A DNA stretch of 64,000 bases from Hypanus sabinus (lineage: Eukaryota). The notes beneath the pieces are model-generated. The model did no database searches and was not told where the DNA came from. It worked only from the letters and a program-made list of their open reading frames with translations. Where the stretch lies: assembly GCF_030144855.1 (NCBI RefSeq), contig NC_082730.1, forward strand, positions 3,906,001 to 3,970,000, read 5' to 3'. The position numbers were made by a program, and so were the translations under genes. Positions 61,936-64,000 of the stretch are shown one piece after another (positions within the stretch are counted from its first letter, which is position 1; each line of letters starts with the position of its first letter).

Positions 61936-63526
61936 TACTCTCAGTTACTCCAACATCTGCTTCTGAAAACTCCAGTCTCAACAACAAGTAACCGTTGTGT
62001 GGGTAATCATCAGGACTAAGCCCCCAAATCTCAAAGGCACCTAGTGGCATCAATGGTAAATGTGTCAGATACCGTTTATAAATGGACCTATTAAGTAAAG
62101 TTAGTTGAGAACCTGTGTCAAGTATGGCTCGAGTAGAAATACCTTCAGTCCATTTGGACACACCAGAGTCTGGTCCCACTAAACCTCCAGGAATATTGTT
62201 TTGCATTTTAGTATTTCCCTTGATGCACTGATTGGAACGTATTCTCCGAGACGCCAGTCCATATCTTTACAATGTCCACCCACAGTTTTGCATCTTTTCT
62301 GCTCTGTTTGACTAACCGTTATGTACTTTCTGTAGATTTTCCTGTTCCTCATGGTTTCACTTGAAATGCCTATCTTTTCCAAGGTTGTAACAGAAAATAC
62401 CTGTCAATTCTCTCATCAAAAGACCATTTATAACAGCATTCCTCTGCTTAGTAAGTCCTACAGGTGGGTCAGTTTCCTAATAAACAGGTCACATTCAGTT
62501 AAAACATTAGCAAACATCCACTGAATCAGCTCAGTTTGAAGGCTATTCTTCTCATTCCTGAATATCTTGATCTCTGTAGCATCAGGGGCTACTTTATCAA
62601 CAGAGGCTACCACTGACGGCATTACTCAGCTTCTGGAAACATCCCGCTCCTCAATCGTATTTCCATCCTCTCTAACTTCTCTGAATAACTCAGTTAAAGA
62701 TGGAGGAAGATGCTTCTTGTGAGTCATTAAAATATGTAGAGCAATCGTGCCATGTGATAATACACTCTTCACAACTTGCTCCACCCTCAATACTACCTTC
62801 TCAGGTAGTTGAATGCCCCCTTTGTGACCCACACAACGCAGCAGTTTCTCTGATGAGATAAGGTAGTCATAAAGCTTCTGCCCTTCCTCCTGGACTGTGT
62901 GCCTCAACTTCATCACAGAGTCGGCCGAACGTCCAGTGGTGCCAAAGTTTGCATATAGTTTGCTGATGTAGCTAGAGAATTGTTTTGCCTTATCTCAGCT
63001 GCTAGACCCTTTAAACTCTCTACCGGTATCTATTTTTTCATATTATCTGAGCACTGCCATTCATCCAATAGATAAGATTACTCCTCACCTCAAGCCTCAC
63101 ATTCTTCTTCCCGATTGGCTGTGGATTTGACTTCAGGGAACATTCTCAGCTGATAATAACACTGGCTCTCCACAGCTACACTTTAGTGTTAAACAAACAG
63201 TGACGTAAAAGCTGAAAGCAGCACTGGACTTAAATCAACAGCTGGAGGACCAAGAAGACTTTTCACTTCAGACAAAGTCTTCCACTCACTCACAGAAAAC
63301 TGTGCATCTGGCCATTAAAATATCCACCTTCTAAGTCGAGGGATATGAACTGGTCATGGCCTGCCTATCCAGGTACCCCTATTCTATCGGCCAGTGTGAC
63401 TTCAGAGACATCCCTGGTAGTCGCATCGCACTTAACCTTAATATCTTTGGCATCCATAATAAAGTATCACATGCCACAAAACATTGGCTCAGACAGAAAA
63501 ATCCCAGAAGAGCCCCCAAAAATGCA
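61930..63526 (-). mobile_element. Ty3/Gypsy LTR retrotransposon fragment (PNMA-like gag, degenerate CCHC knuckle, aspartic protease), 3'-truncated
   Basis: KLRHTVQEEGQKLYDYL...PPSLTELFREVRE (gag), FCYNLGKDRHFK (knuckle remnant), AILDTGSQLTLL (protease). PBS at 63501-63518. Confidence 0.85.
63501..63518 (-). promoter_or_regulatory. Primer-binding site, tRNA-Pro type
   Basis: Minus strand TGGGGGCTCTTCTGGGAT is 16/18 identical to the canonical Pro PBS TGGGGGCTCGTCCGGGAT, 4 nt after an LTR-end-like ...TGCA. Confidence 0.7.
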
Positions 63527-64000
63527 ACCCTCTCACTGTGGCTCATAACAAAATTGGCTGGTTTGCTAACTCTGGCTAACAGTCACATAACTCAACAATA
63601 ATGAGTAACGATGAGAAAGTCACCTTCAATAAGCAACACACTTCCAGGTTCGGTACGTATCGGGTTCAACCGAATAGGAAAGTTGGCATGTTCTGATGCG
63701 GGAACAAAAATTGTAGTGAATGCTCTGTAAGTGCTGCCCCATGCAGAGTTGTCATTTCCCAGGAAATAACACCTTACACCGGCATAAAAATAAAGCGGAA
63801 TTATATTTACTGACATTAAAATTTTAACAGTTAATGGGGGGGGGGGGGGAAGAAAAGTGTCTAGTGCAGCTAAACTAGTTTAAATGGGCAAATAAACATT
63901 GGATCTCTGATTTCTCACTTGCTGAACCCATGATCTGCATACAAGACACCAGTCACCTTTGGAACTTTCCTTGAAAGCCACTTTGAATGAACTGGCTAAC

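Overview
Repeat-dense vertebrate genomic DNA, most likely from a cartilaginous fish (batoid/ray). This is inferred from CR1 LINEs with an SGNH-esterase ORF1, Rex1-type LINEs, Penelope relics and an HE1-like SINE. It is eukaryotic and intron-containing; no rRNA, tRNA or CRISPR array is evident. The key content is a tandem segmental duplication (~12.47-28.99 kb vs ~40.79-61.93 kb) carrying two + strand copies of a CD2/SLAM-family immunoglobulin-superfamily receptor gene (V - C2 - TM - ITIM tail). Copy 1 is open from the V exon to the stop: 22155-22472, 25965-26252, 28477-28626, 28769-28935, all phase-1 junctions, with a GC-AG intron after the TM exon. Its best leader candidate is 3983-4037, giving ~325 aa, but that link is inferred. 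Copy 2 is a pseudogene, with a V-exon stop, a destroyed C2 acceptor, a C2 frameshift and no leader found. The copies differ by a sharply localised divergence island in the V exon, a paired Cys-to-Tyr loss of the SLAM-type second disulfide in copy 1, an intronic inversion flanked by opposed CR1 ends, and many copy-specific TE insertions. Also present are a triple-nested L1>Tigger>L1 insertion with intact TSDs, a probable relic V exon split by a CR1, and a Gypsy/PNMA-like element with a tRNA-Pro-type PBS. All alignments and counts were done by eye, and TE boundaries are approximate unless TSD/TIR coordinates are given.
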